NCBI RefSeq assembly: GCF_044324785.1
Contig: NZ_CP172127.1
Direction: 5' to 3' (one strand)
Origin: Escherichia coli
GTDB lineage: Bacteria; Pseudomonadota; Gammaproteobacteria; Enterobacterales; Enterobacteriaceae
Length of the DNA stretch: 64,000 nt
Each line of letters begins with the position of its first letter. Position 1 is the first letter of the stretch. The notes under the pieces were generated by a model, which ran no database searches, was not told where the DNA came from, and was given only the letters and a program-made list of their open reading frames with translations. Of this stretch, positions 25,490-37,139 are shown one piece after another. Position numbers and translations under genes: made by a program.

Positions 25490-26299
25490 TTATTTATCAA
25501 CCTCCACAATGTTTAATTGTGGAAATTGTGTTCGATACCGAGTATCTGTACAAACATTAGTCACCAGAATATCGATTTCATCCAGCGTGCATATTTTACT
25601 AAATGCATACTGTTCAAACTTACTGGAGTCGACCAGCAATATTTTTTGTCCTGACACCTGAAGCATCACCTGTTTAAGTCTGGCATTAATTTCACTGCCA
25701 TCGCGGACACCATTCCCCAGATTCAACCCCTGGCATGAAAAGAAAAAACTGTTGATTTGAAAATTTCGGATCGCCCCCTCTGCAACCGGGCCATGAAAAT
25801 CATCATGTCGCTCAGAATACTCACCACCGATACCAATAATTCGAACTCGATCACGGCAAGCCAACGCCTGAATTATCCGTAATGAATTTGTAACTACAGT
25901 AACATCTATATCGGGAATTTGACGAGCTAAAAACCAACAAGTACTACTGTTATCCATTAAAATACAATCACCAGGGTGAATAAATTGCAATGCGGCCTTC
26001 GCAATTCTGGCTTTTATATCAGGATTTTCTTCAGTCCGTTTACGGAATGATTCCGCACGATCGATACTATTATCTTGCCACGCATTATCGGCGAGCATAA
26101 CCGGAGCGCTATCAGATGAATCCAGAGCGACCGCGCCACCAAAGCTACGGATTAACTTTTTGTTGCGCTCCAGTACCGTTAAATCCCGACGAATTGTCTC
26201 AGGAGACGCTTTAAATAATCGTGATAATTCTGTTACCTGTACAGCACCTTGTTTTTGTACATGTGCGCATATCATTTTATGGCGCTCTGCCTGCAACAT
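25490..26299 (-). CDS. DeoR-family transcriptional regulator
   Basis: 269 aa; N-terminal HTH (VTELSRLFKASPETIRRDL) and C-terminal DeoR sugar-phosphate-binding domain; upstream of the ABC operon on the same strand. Confidence 0.85.
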   Translation of the reverse strand: MLQAERHKMICAHVQKQGAVQVTELSRLFKASPETIRRDLTVLERNKKLIRSFGGAVALDSSDSAPVMLADNAWQDNSIDRAESFRKRTEENPDIKARIAKAALQFIHPGDCILMDNSSTCWFLARQIPDIDVTVVTNSLRIIQALACRDRVRIIGIGGEYSERHDDFHGPVAEGAIRNFQINSFFFSCQGLNLGNGVRDGSEINARLKQVMLQVSGQKILLVDSSKFEQYAFSKICTLDEIDILVTNVCTDTRYRTQFPQLNIVEVDK

Positions 26300-26752
26300 A
26301 GTATCGGTCCGTTATTATCAAATTAGCATGCTTATATAATTAACTGTTCCCTCATAAAATAAAGTGATAGGAATCAAGATTCATTTTATAAATATAATCG
26401 CAAACAGAAATGGTGATCTTTACCACAAATTAAATTGAGAATATTCTACTATTGGACATTTTTTTGAGATATACGTCACTAAATAAGCTTTATTCTGTCA
26501 CCTGACGAAAAATTTAAATGCAAAAACAAAAATAATCGGGCATAGCAATCTCTTCCATTCATGACCGAATACGCCCGAATAAAACCGTTTACGCCCACTT
26601 ACCCTCTTTCATTGCCTTCTTACATGCCTTGAATATTTTACATTTCTTATATTCAGCGTAATTTAGGCAACATAATTTACGAGCAAAAATAGCCAAAACC
26701 CAAAAGTTAAAGTTTATTTATATAATACATACAGATTATCGTGGAGTTAAAA

Positions 26753-27435
26753 ATGGATACGCTAAAGGAAAAAGTTCTTGCTGCGAATTTATCACTACCC
26801 CTTCATCAGTTAGTGACGTTTACCTGGGGAAATGTTAGCGGTATTGATCGCGAAAAAGGTGTCATGGTTATTAAACCTTCTGGGGTCGAATACAGCCAAA
26901 TGGGCAGGTGGTAGTGGATTTACAAAGTGGTGAAGTTATTGATGGACACAGGAAACCCTCTTCAGACACAGATACTCATCTGGCGCTATACCGTGCTTTC
27001 CCGGATATTGGAGGTATCGTTCATACCCATTCCCGACACGCCACAATATGGGCTCAGGCCGGAAAAGATCTCACGGCCTTTGGGACAACCCATGCAGATT
27101 ATTTCTACGGCACTATCCCCTGTACACGCCCCATGAAGGATGACGAAATTAATGGACAATATGAATATGAAACGGGGCGAGTGATTATTGAAACGTTCAG
27201 GCAACGAGAAATATCTCCCGCTGACATTCCGGCTGTTTTAGTAAACAGTCATGGCCCCTTTGCCTGGGGAACTGATCCCGCGAACGCCGTGCATAACGCC
27301 GTTGTACTTGAAGAAATCGCCTATATGAATCTCTTTACACAACAGCTACACCCCCATCTTACGGCTATTCAACAGCCTCTACTGGATAAGCATTTTTTAC
27401 GCAAGCATGGTGCCAATGCTTATTACGGGCAGTAA
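26753..27435 (+). pseudogene. L-ribulose-5-phosphate 4-epimerase (AraD/SgbE/UlaF-like), frameshifted near codon 50
   Basis: ATG at 26753 with GGAG RBS gives [53 protein letters not shown] then stop at 26912; +1 frame continues [52 protein letters not shown]...HGANAYYGQ, strongly AraD-like. Confidence 0.8.
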
Positions 27436-27484
27436 CCCTCTAAGCATGGCCTGGCGTTTTGCCAGGCCACGAATCGCCCAGGAC

Positions 27485-28858
27485 TTACCCCAACCGCGCC
27501 CTTGCAAAAGCAATCGCCTGCGCCACCTGCTGCGGTGAGACGCCGCCTTTTGCAGCACGCTTGTCGAGGCACGATTGCAGCGACAGAATCGGATAGACAT
27601 CTTCGCCAATCACCTGGCTGAATTTCTGCAACTCACTGAGCGGCAGATCTTCCAGCGGTTTGCCCTGACGAATGGCTTCCACCACCGCTTCACCAACAAT
27701 ATGGTGCGCCTCGCGGAACGGTACGCCTTTCGCCACCAGGTAATCCGCCAGTTCAGTGGCGTTCGCATACCCCTGCTGCGCCGCTTCCTGGCAACGTGGA
27801 CATTTCACCTGAATGCCGTCCAGCACCAGCGCCGCCATATGCAAGCAGTCCAGCCAGGTATCGAGCGCGTCGAACAGACCTTCTTTGTCTTCCTGCATAT
27901 CTTTGTTGTAAGCCAGCGGCAAACCTTTCAGCGTCATCATCATGCCGGTTAACGCCCCCTGCACCCGACCGCATTTACCGCGAATCAGCTCCAGCGCATC
28001 CGGGTTTTTCTTCTGCGGCATTAATGATGAACCTGAAGTCACGCGGTCAGAAAGCTCCACAAATCCCGCTTCGCCGGTGTTAAAGAAAATCAGATCTTCA
28101 GCAAAACGCGACAGATGCACCATGCCGATAGCGGCAGCAGAAAGCAGTTCCAGCACATGATCACGGTCAGAAACGCTGTCGAGACTGTTACGGGTCGCCG
28201 AAGCAAAGCCCAGCCAGCCTGCTAACTGTTCACGGTCGATTTCATAGGCCGTTCCCGCCAGTGCGCCACAGCCTAACGGGCTGACATCCAGACGCTTAAG
28301 CGCGTCCTGCAAACGGCTTTCATCACGCGCCAGCATCTCAACGTAGGCCAGGCACCAGTGCGCGAAAGTCACCGGTTGAGCGCGTTGCAGGTGGGTGTAA
28401 CCTGGCATTACCGCGTCCTGATTGTTTTGTGCGGTTTCCACCAGCGCCGATTGCAGCTGCCGGTTAGCCGTCAGTAACTCGCTAACGGTATCTTTGCACC
28501 ACAGTTTCAGGTCAGTCGCGACCTGGTCATTACGGCTACGCCCGGTGTGCAGTTTTTTGCCTAACTGACCCACTTTGTCGATCAATTTGCCTTCCACCCA
28601 GCTATGGATATCTTCGGCGTCGCTTTCAAGGATTTGTTGTGGCCTGGCGCGAACATCTTCCAGCAGCACGTTCAGCGCCTCTTCCAGTTGCGCCTGTTCT
28701 TCTGCGGTCAACACACCGACCGTTACCAGGGCTTTGGACCAGGCCACAGAGCCAACAATATCCTGCTCCGCCAGACGGTAATCAAAGCGCAGTGAGTCGT
28801 TGAATTGTTTGAACCGTTGATCTGCTGCCTGGGTAAAACGCCCGCCCCAAAGTGCCAT
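27485..28858 (-). CDS. argH: argininosuccinate lyase ArgH
   Basis: 457 aa; [37 protein letters not shown]..., fumarate lyase signature [10 protein letters not shown]. Confidence 0.95.
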   Translation of the reverse strand: MALWGGRFTQAADQRFKQFNDSLRFDYRLAEQDIVGSVAWSKALVTVGVLTAEEQAQLEEALNVLLEDVRARPQQILESDAEDIHSWVEGKLIDKVGQLGKKLHTGRSRNDQVATDLKLWCKDTVSELLTANRQLQSALVETAQNNQDAVMPGYTHLQRAQPVTFAHWCLAYVEMLARDESRLQDALKRLDVSPLGCGALAGTAYEIDREQLAGWLGFASATRNSLDSVSDRDHVLELLSAAAIGMVHLSRFAEDLIFFNTGEAGFVELSDRVTSGSSLMPQKKNPDALELIRGKCGRVQGALTGMMMTLKGLPLAYNKDMQEDKEGLFDALDTWLDCLHMAALVLDGIQVKCPRCQEAAQQGYANATELADYLVAKGVPFREAHHIVGEAVVEAIRQGKPLEDLPLSELQKFSQVIGEDVYPILSLQSCLDKRAAKGGVSPQQVAQAIAFARARLG

Positions 28859-28918
28859 AACTCTGTTTCCTTATTTTGAAATTCAATGCCGGAAAGCTGC
28901 GCCTCCGGCCAACAAAAC

Positions 28919-29695
28919 TTAAGCTAAAATCCGCGTACCCATCGGCATACCGTTAAACAGTGCCGGAAGCTGTTCCGCATGACGCCAGGAGGCGATATCC
29001 ACCGGGCGGCCCAGCGTGCGTGCAGCATCCAGCGCCGCGTTCACTTTCACTATCATGCCGTCAGTAATAATGCCCTGCTCAATCAGTTGTTCTGCTTTCG
29101 CGGCGGTCATTTCGGCAATGCGTTGCCCTTTGCCGTCGAGAATGCCACTGACGTCGGAGAGCAAAATCAGATCCGCGCCCAGCGTTGCCGCCAGCGCCGT
29201 TGCCGCCTGATCGGCATTGACGTTCATCAGTTGCCCTTCGTCTGTTACGCCAATGGAGCTGACCACCGGTAGATAACCGTTCTCCAGCAAGGAGTTGATA
29301 AGCTTAGGCGAACCTGGCTGCGCCAGTCCAACATGGCCTAACTCTTCATCAAGCTGGGTCACTTTGACGCTGTCGCCGTCACCGAGAAACAAACCTACGG
29401 CCGCAATCTGATGTTTCTTCGCCCATGCCAGCAGGGTTTTATTTGCCGTTCCCGCCAGTGCTCCGGTGATAATGTCAATCTGATCAGCAGGCGTCACCCG
29501 CAGGCCGTTTTTCTTTTTCACCGGCAGATTCAGCCCTTTCATCAGCTCATCCACCACGCAACCGCCGCCGTGCACAATCACCAGCGGACGCTGATGTGAC
29601 ACACGATAATTCACCAGTGCACTAAACAGACGTTCCAGCGCCTCTTCACTATCCAGCAGTACGCCGCCCAGTTTGATAATTAATGGATTCATCAT
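28919..29695 (-). CDS. argB: acetylglutamate kinase ArgB
   Basis: Translation from [24 protein letters not shown]...; start chosen at the conserved N-terminus, not the upstream Met in the ORF track. Confidence 0.93.
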   Translation of the reverse strand: MMNPLIIKLGGVLLDSEEALERLFSALVNYRVSHQRPLVIVHGGGCVVDELMKGLNLPVKKKNGLRVTPADQIDIITGALAGTANKTLLAWAKKHQIAAVGLFLGDGDSVKVTQLDEELGHVGLAQPGSPKLINSLLENGYLPVVSSIGVTDEGQLMNVNADQAATALAATLGADLILLSDVSGILDGKGQRIAEMTAAKAEQLIEQGIITDGMIVKVNAALDAARTLGRPVDIASWRHAEQLPALFNGMPMGTRILA

Positions 29696-29702
29696 TGCAC
29701 CC

Positions 29703-30707
29703 TTAAATAAGAGACTGCGTTTCCGCATAGCCGAAACGAATATTGGCGCACTGTACCGCTTGTGCCGCCGCGCCTTTCAGTAAGTTGTCTTCGGTCGCCA
29801 CAATAATCAGATGCTCGCCCTGAACGGCAAACCCGATATCGCAAAATGGCAGCCCAACGACATTTTTCAGCGCCGGAACGCCTTTGTCATACAGTCGCAC
29901 CAGCGGTTTATGGGCATACGCCTGCTGTAACACTTGCGCGACTTGCGCCTGGGTCACACCCGGTTTCAGGCGGCAGGTAATGGTTTCGAGAATGCCGCGC
30001 GGGAAATTGCCCAGATGCGGGGTGAAGATAACGTCAGCACCGAGGTGTGTGGCGATCTCTGGTTGATGGCGATGGGTAAAGACGCCATACGGTTGCAGGC
30101 TAACTTCACAAAAACTATTTGAAATCGCTGCCTTACGTCCTGCACCGCTCACGCCGCTGGTGGCGTTGATTACCGGCCACTGATTGAGGTCAAGAAGATC
30201 GGCATCAATCAACGGTTTCAGCGCCAGCTGTGCCGCCGTCGGATAACAGCCTGGCACGGCAATCAAGTTCGCTTCTTTTAATTTATTACCGCACCACTCC
30301 GCCAGACCGTAGGCTGCCTGTTCCAGCAGTTCCGGATACTGATGGGTAAAGCCGTAATATTTTTCATAGAAGGTGGCGTCGTTAACACGAAACGCGCCGG
30401 AAAGGTCGAACACCACGCAGCCCGCTTCAAGAAATTGCGGCGCTAAATCGTGGCTAACTTCATGGGCGGTGGCGAGAAACACCACGTCCACCCCTGGGCT
30501 AAACTCGCTGATATCCGACATCGGCTGCAACGGCAGATCAACGATGCCTTTGAGCTGCGGATGCAAATCGGAGATTAACTTTCCCGCATCATTGCTTTGC
30601 GCTGAAACAGTCAAAGCGGTTATGTTCATATGCGGATGGCGATTTACATAGGTCACTAGCTCTGCGCCAGCGTAGCCGCTGGCACCCACAATCAGCGTAT
30701 TCAACAT
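29703..30707 (-). CDS. argC: N-acetyl-gamma-glutamyl-phosphate reductase ArgC
   Basis: 334 aa; [35 protein letters not shown]... Confidence 0.95.
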   Translation of the reverse strand: MLNTLIVGASGYAGAELVTYVNRHPHMNITALTVSAQSNDAGKLISDLHPQLKGIVDLPLQPMSDISEFSPGVDVVFLATAHEVSHDLAPQFLEAGCVVFDLSGAFRVNDATFYEKYYGFTHQYPELLEQAAYGLAEWCGNKLKEANLIAVPGCYPTAAQLALKPLIDADLLDLNQWPVINATSGVSGAGRKAAISNSFCEVSLQPYGVFTHRHQPEIATHLGADVIFTPHLGNFPRGILETITCRLKPGVTQAQVAQVLQQAYAHKPLVRLYDKGVPALKNVVGLPFCDIGFAVQGEHLIIVATEDNLLKGAAAQAVQCANIRFGYAETQSLI

Positions 30708-30794
30708 CGGGGCTATTCACCTTCTTATGTCTGGTTGCCAGGTTAAACGTAAAACATTCACCTTACGGCTGGTGGGTTTTATTACGCTCAACGT

Positions 30795-30840
30795 TAGTGT
30801 ATTTTTATTCATAAATACTGCATGAATATTGATACTATCA
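30795..30840. promoter_or_regulatory. ArgR operator (ARG boxes) in the divergent argE / argCBH control region
   Basis: A/T-rich imperfect palindromes tgtatttttattcataaatactgcatgaatattgatact resembling the ARG box TNTGAATWWWWATTCANW, between divergent argC and argE. Confidence 0.6.
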
Positions 30841-30860
30841 TGACCAGAGGTGTGTCAACA

Positions 30861-32012
30861 ATGAAAAACAAATTACCGCCATTTATCGAGATTTACCGTG
30901 CTCTGATTGCCACACCTTCAATAAGCGCCACGGAAGAGGCACTCGATCAAAGCAATGCAGATTTAATCACTCTGCTGGCGGACTGGTTTAAAGATTTAGG
31001 CTTCAATGTGGAAGTGCAGCCTGTGCCAGGAACTCGCAACAAATTTAATATGCTGGCAAGTATCGGACAGGGGGCTGGCGGTTTGTTGCTGGCGGGGCAT
31101 ACCGATACGGTGCCATTTGATGACGGACGCTGGACGCGCGATCCGTTTACACTGACGGAGCATGACGGCAAGCTTTACGGCTTAGGCACCGCCGACATGA
31201 AAGGCTTTTTTGCGTTTATCCTTGATGCGCTACGCGATGTCGACGTCACGAAACTGAAAAAACCGCTCTACATTCTGGCGACTGCCGATGAAGAAACCAG
31301 TATGGCCGGAGCGCGTTATTTTGCCGAAACTACCGCCCTGCGCCCGGATTGCGCCATCATTGGCGAACCGACGTCACTACAACCGGTACGTGCACATAAA
31401 GGTCATATCTCTAACGCCATCCGTATTCAGGGCCAGTCGGGCCACTCCAGCGATCCAGCACGCGGAGTTAACGCTATCGAACTGATGCACGACGCCATCG
31501 GGCATATTTTGCAATTGCGCGATAACCTGAAAGAACGCTATCACTACGACGCGTTTACCGTGCCATACCCTACGCTCAACCTCGGGCATATCCACGGTGG
31601 CGATGCATCTAACCGTATTTGCGCTTGTTGTGAGTTGCATATGGATATTCGTCCGCTGCCAGGCATGACACTCAATGAACTTAATGGCCTACTCAACGAT
31701 GCGCTGGCTCCGGTGAGCGAACGCTGGCCGGGTCGTCTGACGGTCGACGAGCTGCATCCGCCGATCCCTGGCTATGAATGCCCGCCAAATCATCAACTGG
31801 TTGAAGTAGTTGAGAAATTGCTCGGAGCAAAGACCGAAGTGGTGAATTACTGTACCGAAGCGCCGTTTATTCAAACGTTATGCCCGACGCTGGTTCTGGG
31901 CCCTGGCTCAATTAATCAGGCTCATCAGCCTGATGAATATCTGGAGACGCGGTTTATCAAGCCCACCCGCGAACTGATAACCCAGGTAATTCACCATTTT
32001 TGCTGGCATTAA
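30861..32012 (+). CDS. argE: acetylornithine deacetylase ArgE
   Basis: Translation from [35 protein letters not shown]...; M20 peptidase family; start 13 codons inside the ORF-track start. Confidence 0.93.
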   Translation: MKNKLPPFIEIYRALIATPSISATEEALDQSNADLITLLADWFKDLGFNVEVQPVPGTRNKFNMLASIGQGAGGLLLAGHTDTVPFDDGRWTRDPFTLTEHDGKLYGLGTADMKGFFAFILDALRDVDVTKLKKPLYILATADEETSMAGARYFAETTALRPDCAIIGEPTSLQPVRAHKGHISNAIRIQGQSGHSSDPARGVNAIELMHDAIGHILQLRDNLKERYHYDAFTVPYPTLNLGHIHGGDASNRICACCELHMDIRPLPGMTLNELNGLLNDALAPVSERWPGRLTVDELHPPIPGYECPPNHQLVEVVEKLLGAKTEVVNYCTEAPFIQTLCPTLVLGPGSINQAHQPDEYLETRFIKPTRELITQVIHHFCWH

Positions 32013-32039
32013 AAAAGCAAATCAGGCTGATGACAAAGC

Positions 32040-32105
32040 CATGCAAGCGCACGGACAGTCCCCTCGCCCCTTCGGGGAGAGGGTTAGGGTGAGGGGAAAA
32101 CCGTG
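32040..32105. repeat. intergenic palindromic repeat containing motif ggggagagggttagggtgagggg
   Basis: gtcccctcgccccttcggggagagggttagggtgagggg; the same motif occurs in inverse orientation at 47672-47694. Confidence 0.6.
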
Positions 32106-32423
32106 CCCATACTGACCCGTAAGCGAGTTTGTCAGCAATCTCAAATGATGCCCAAATGGTAACTACAACTCATAACTCTTTGGTGTTAATTGAGGCGATT
32201 TTTTAACATTCCCATAAGTTACGCTTATTTAAAGCGTCGTGAATTTAATGGCGTAAATTCCTGCTATTTATTCGTTTGCTGAAGCGATTTCGCAGCATTT
32301 GACGTCATCGCTTTTACGTGGCTTTATAAAAGACGACGAAAAGCAAAGCCCGAGCATATTCGCGCCAATGCGACGTGAAGGATACAGGGCTATCAAACGA
32401 TAAGATGGGGTGTCTGGGGTAAT

Positions 32424-35075
32424 ATGAACGAACAATATTCCGCATTGCGTAGTAATGTCAGTATGCTCGGCAAAGTGCTGGGAGAAACCATCAAGGATGC
32501 GTTGGGAGAACACATTCTTGAACGCGTAGAAACTATCCGTAAGTTGTCGAAATCTTCACGCGCTGGCAATGATGCTAACCGCCAGGAGTTGCTCACCACC
32601 TTACAAAATTTGTCGAACGACGAGCTGCTGCCCGTTGCGCGTGCGTTTAGTCAGTTCCTGAACCTGGCCAACACCGCTGAGCAATACCACAGCATTTCGC
32701 CGAAAGGCGAAGCTGCCAGCAACCCGGAAGTGATCGCCCGCACCCTGCGTAAACTGAAAAACCAGCCGGAACTGAGCGAAGACACCATCAAAAAAGCAGT
32801 GGAATCGCTGTCGCTGGAACTGGTCCTCACGGCTCACCCAACCGAAATTACCCGTCGTACACTGATCCACAAAATGGTGGAAGTGAACGCCTGTTTAAAA
32901 CAGCTCGATAACAAAGATATCGCCGACTACGAACACAACCAGCTGATGCGCCGCCTGCGCCAGTTGATCGCCCAGTCATGGCATACCGATGAAATCCGTA
33001 AACTGCGTCCAAGCCCGGTAGATGAAGCCAAATGGGGCTTTGCCGTAGTAGAAAACAGCCTGTGGCAAGGCGTACCGAATTACCTGCGCGAACTGAACGA
33101 ACAACTGGAAGAGAATCTCGGCTACAAACTGCCCGTCGAATTTGTTCCAGTCCGTTTTACCTCGTGGATGGGCGGTGACCGCGACGGCAACCCGAACGTC
33201 ACTGCCGATATCACCCGCCACGTCCTGCTGCTCAGTCGCTGGAAAGCCACCGATCTGTTCCTGAAAGATATTCAGGTGCTGGTTTCTGAACTGTCGATGG
33301 TTGAAGCGACCCCTGAACTGCTGGCGCTGGTTGGCGAAGAAGGTGCCGCAGAACCGTATCGCTATCTGATGAAAAACCTGCGTTCTCGCCTGATGGCGAC
33401 ACAGGCATGGCTGGAAGCGCGCCTGAAAGGCGAAGAACTGCCAAAACCAGAAGGCCTGCTGACACAAAACGAAGAACTGTGGGAACCGCTCTACGCTTGC
33501 TACCAGTCACTTCAGGCGTGTGGCATGGGTATTATCGCCAACGGCGATCTGCTCGACACCCTGCGCCGCGTGAAATGTTTCGGCGTACCGCTGGTCCGTA
33601 TTGATATCCGTCAGGAGAGCACCCGCCATACCGAAGCGCTGGGCGAGCTGACCCGCTACCTCGGTATCGGCGACTACGAAAGCTGGTCAGAGGCCGACAA
33701 ACAGGCGTTCCTGATCCGCGAACTGAACTCCAAACGTCCGCTGCTACCGCGCAACTGGCAACCAAGCGCCGAAACGCGCGAAGTGCTCGATACCTGCCAG
33801 GTGATTGCCGAAGCACCGCAAGGCTCCATTGCCGCCTACGTGATCTCGATGGCGAAAACGCCGTCCGACGTGCTTGCTGTCCACCTGCTGCTGAAAGAAG
33901 CGGGTATCGGCTTTGCGATGCCGGTTGCTCCGCTGTTTGAAACTCTCGATGACCTGAACAACGCCAACGATGTCATGACTCAGTTGCTGAATATCGACTG
34001 GTATCGCGGCCTGATTCAGGGCAAACAGATGGTGATGATTGGCTATTCCGACTCAGCAAAAGATGCGGGCGTGATGGCAGCGTCCTGGGCGCAATATCAG
34101 GCACAGGATGCATTAATCAAAACCTGCGAAAAAGCGGGTATTGAGCTGACGTTGTTCCACGGTCGCGGCGGTTCCATTGGTCGCGGCGGCGCACCTGCTC
34201 ATGCGGCGCTGCTGTCACAACCGCCAGGAAGCCTGAAAGGTGGCCTGCGCGTGACTGAACAGGGCGAGATGATCCGCTTTAAATATGGTCTGCCAGAAAT
34301 CACCGTCAGCAGCCTGTCGCTTTACACCGGGGCGATTCTGGAAGCCAACCTGCTGCCACCACCTGAGCCGAAAGAGAGCTGGCGTCGCATTATGGATGAA
34401 CTATCAGTCATCTCCTGCGATCTCTACCGTGGCTACGTACGTGAAAACAAAGATTTTGTGCCTTACTTCCGCTCCGCTACGCCGGAACAGGAACTGGGCA
34501 AACTGCCGTTGGGTTCACGTCCGGCGAAACGTCGCCCAACCGGCGGCGTCGAGTCACTACGCGCCATTCCGTGGATCTTCGCCTGGACGCAAAACCGTCT
34601 GATGCTCCCCGCCTGGCTGGGTGCAGGTACGGCGCTGCAAAAAGTGGTCGAAGATGGCAAACAGAGCGAGCTGGAGGCTATGTGCCGCGATTGGCCATTC
34701 TTCTCGACGCGTCTCGGCATGCTGGAGATGGTCTTCGCCAAAGCAGACCTGTGGCTGGCGGAATACTATGATCAACGTCTGGTAGACAAAGCACTGTGGC
34801 CGTTAGGTAAAGAGTTACGCAATCTGCAAGAAGAAGACATCAAAGTGGTGCTGGCGATTGCCAACGATTCCCATCTGATGGCCGATCTGCCGTGGATTGC
34901 AGAGTCTATTCAGCTACGGAATATTTACACCGACCCGCTGAACGTATTGCAGGCCGAGTTGCTGCACCGCTCCCGCCAGGCAGAAAAAGAAGGCCATGAG
35001 CCGGATCCTCGCGTCGAGCAGGCGTTAATGGTCACTATTGCCGGGATTGCGGCAGGTATGCGTAATACCGGCTAA
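32424..35075 (+). CDS. ppc: phosphoenolpyruvate carboxylase
   Basis: 883 aa; [30 protein letters not shown]..., C-terminal ...MRNTG. Confidence 0.96.
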   Translation: MNEQYSALRSNVSMLGKVLGETIKDALGEHILERVETIRKLSKSSRAGNDANRQELLTTLQNLSNDELLPVARAFSQFLNLANTAEQYHSISPKGEAASNPEVIARTLRKLKNQPELSEDTIKKAVESLSLELVLTAHPTEITRRTLIHKMVEVNACLKQLDNKDIADYEHNQLMRRLRQLIAQSWHTDEIRKLRPSPVDEAKWGFAVVENSLWQGVPNYLRELNEQLEENLGYKLPVEFVPVRFTSWMGGDRDGNPNVTADITRHVLLLSRWKATDLFLKDIQVLVSELSMVEATPELLALVGEEGAAEPYRYLMKNLRSRLMATQAWLEARLKGEELPKPEGLLTQNEELWEPLYACYQSLQACGMGIIANGDLLDTLRRVKCFGVPLVRIDIRQESTRHTEALGELTRYLGIGDYESWSEADKQAFLIRELNSKRPLLPRNWQPSAETREVLDTCQVIAEAPQGSIAAYVISMAKTPSDVLAVHLLLKEAGIGFAMPVAPLFETLDDLNNANDVMTQLLNIDWYRGLIQGKQMVMIGYSDSAKDAGVMAASWAQYQAQDALIKTCEKAGIELTLFHGRGGSIGRGGAPAHAALLSQPPGSLKGGLRVTEQGEMIRFKYGLPEITVSSLSLYTGAILEANLLPPPEPKESWRRIMDELSVISCDLYRGYVRENKDFVPYFRSATPEQELGKLPLGSRPAKRRPTGGVESLRAIPWIFAWTQNRLMLPAWLGAGTALQKVVEDGKQSELEAMCRDWPFFSTRLGMLEMVFAKADLWLAEYYDQRLVDKALWPLGKELRNLQEEDIKVVLAIANDSHLMADLPWIAESIQLRNIYTDPLNVLQAELLHRSRQAEKEGHEPDPRVEQALMVTIAGIAAGMRNTG

Positions 35076-35257
35076 TCTTCCTCTCCTGCAAACCCTCGCG
35101 CTTTTGCGCGAGGGTTTTCTGAAATACTTCTGTTCTAACACCCTCGTTTTCAATATATTTCTGTCTGCATTTTATTCAAATTCTGGATATCCCTTCAGAT
35201 ATCCTTAAGGAATTGTCGGTACATTCGGCGATATTTTTTTCAAGACAGGTTCTTACT

Positions 35258-36991
35258 ATGCATTCCACAGAAGTCCAGGCTAAACCTCTTTTTAGCTGGA
35301 AAGCCCTGGGTTGGGCACTGCTCTACTTTTGGTTTTTCTCTACTCTGCTACAGGCCATTATTTACATCAGTGGTTATAGTGGTACTAACGGCATTCGCGA
35401 CTCGCTGTTATTCAGTTCGCTGTGGTTGATCCCGGTATTCCTCTTTCCGAAGCGGATTAAAATTATTGCCGCAGTGATCGGCGTGGTGCTATGGGCGGCC
35501 TCTCTGGCGGCGCTGTGCTATTACGTCATCTACGGTCAGGAGTTCTCGCAGAGCGTTCTGTTTGTGATGTTCGAAACCAACACCAACGAAGCCAGCGAGT
35601 ATTTAAGCCAGTATTTCAGCCTGAAAATTGTGCTTATCGCGCTGGCCTATACGGCGGTGGCAGTTCTGCTGTGGACACGCCTGCGCCCGGTCTATATTCC
35701 AAAGCCGTGGCGTTATGTTGTCTCTTTTGCCCTGCTTTATGGCTTGATTCTGCATCCGATCGCCATGAATACGTTTATCAAGAACAAGCCGTTTGAGAAA
35801 ACGTTGGATAACCTGGCATCGCGTATGGAGCCTGCCGCACCGTGGCAATTCCTGACCGGCTATTATCAGTATCGTCAGCAACTAAACTCGCTAACAAAGC
35901 TACTGAATGAAAATAATGCCTTGCCGCCGCTGGCTAATTTCAAAGATGAATCGGGTAACGAACCGCGCACCTTAGTGCTGGTAATTGGCGAGTCGACCCA
36001 GCGTGGACGCATGAGTCTGTACGGTTATCCGCGTGAAACCACGCCGGAGCTGGATGCGCTGCATAAAACCGATCCTAATCTGACCGTGTTTAATAACGTA
36101 GTTACGTCTCGTCCGTACACCATTGAAATCCTGCAACAGGCGCTGACCTTTGCCAATGAAAAGAACCCGGACCTGTACCTGACACAGCCGTCGCTGATGA
36201 ACATGATGAAACAGGCGGGTTATAAAACCTTCTGGATCACCAACCAGCAGACAATGACCGCCCGCAATACCATGCTGACGGTATTTTCGCGCCAGACCGA
36301 CAAGCAGTACTACATGAACCAGCAACGTACGCAGAGTGCGCGTGAATACGACACCAACGTGCTGAAGCCGTTCCAGGAAGTGTTGAAGGACCCTGCACCG
36401 AAGAAACTGATCATCGTTCATCTGCTGGGTACGCATATCAAATACAAATACCGCTACCCGGAAAATCAGGGCAAGTTTGATGACAATACCGATCATGTTC
36501 CACCGGGATTAAGCGCAGAAGAGCTGGAGTCATATAACGATTATGACAACGCTAACCTGTATAACGATCATGTGGTTGCCAGCCTGATTAAAGACTTTAA
36601 AGCAGCAGACCCGAACGGTTTCCTGGTTTACTTCTCTGACCACGGTGAAGAGGTTTACGACACGCCGCCGCACAAAACTCAGGGGCGTAATGAAGACAAC
36701 CCGACGCGTCATATGTACACCATTCCGTTCCTGCTGTGGACGTCAGAAAAATGGCAAGCGACTCATCCGCGTGATTTCTCACAGGATGTTGATCGTAAAT
36801 ACAGCCTGGCGGAATTGATCCACACCTGGTCAGATTTAGCGGGCTTATCTTACGACGGTTACGACCCAACCCGTTCAGTGGTGAATCCGCAGTTCAAAGA
36901 AACTACCCGCTGGATTGGTAACCCGTACAAGAAAAACGCGCTGATCGATTACGACACGCTGCCGTATGGCGACCAGGTAGGTAATCAGTAA
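35258..36991 (+). CDS. eptC: phosphoethanolamine transferase EptC (YijP), inner-membrane sulfatase-family protein
   Basis: Translation from MHSTEVQAKPLFSWKALGWALLYFWFF...; N-terminal TM segments plus C-terminal sulfatase-like domain. Confidence 0.9.
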   Translation: MHSTEVQAKPLFSWKALGWALLYFWFFSTLLQAIIYISGYSGTNGIRDSLLFSSLWLIPVFLFPKRIKIIAAVIGVVLWAASLAALCYYVIYGQEFSQSVLFVMFETNTNEASEYLSQYFSLKIVLIALAYTAVAVLLWTRLRPVYIPKPWRYVVSFALLYGLILHPIAMNTFIKNKPFEKTLDNLASRMEPAAPWQFLTGYYQYRQQLNSLTKLLNENNALPPLANFKDESGNEPRTLVLVIGESTQRGRMSLYGYPRETTPELDALHKTDPNLTVFNNVVTSRPYTIEILQQALTFANEKNPDLYLTQPSLMNMMKQAGYKTFWITNQQTMTARNTMLTVFSRQTDKQYYMNQQRTQSAREYDTNVLKPFQEVLKDPAPKKLIIVHLLGTHIKYKYRYPENQGKFDDNTDHVPPGLSAEELESYNDYDNANLYNDHVVASLIKDFKAADPNGFLVYFSDHGEEVYDTPPHKTQGRNEDNPTRHMYTIPFLLWTSEKWQATHPRDFSQDVDRKYSLAELIHTWSDLAGLSYDGYDPTRSVVNPQFKETTRWIGNPYKKNALIDYDTLPYGDQVGNQ

Positions 36992-37061
36992 ATGACCTTT
37001 GTATCGCGTCTGGCGCTATTTGCCGGATGCGATACTGTCACAATGTTTACATCGAACTCCC

Positions 37062-37092
37062 CTCAGGCCACACTTTTCAGGTGGCCTTTTTT
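37062..37092 (+). terminator. rho-independent terminator downstream of eptC
   Basis: Hairpin ggccacacttttcaggtggcc followed by ttttttaat. Confidence 0.6.
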
Positions 37093-37139
37093 AATAATGC
37101 CAGTTACTGTTTTCCCGTCTACATACCTAAGGGAATAAC

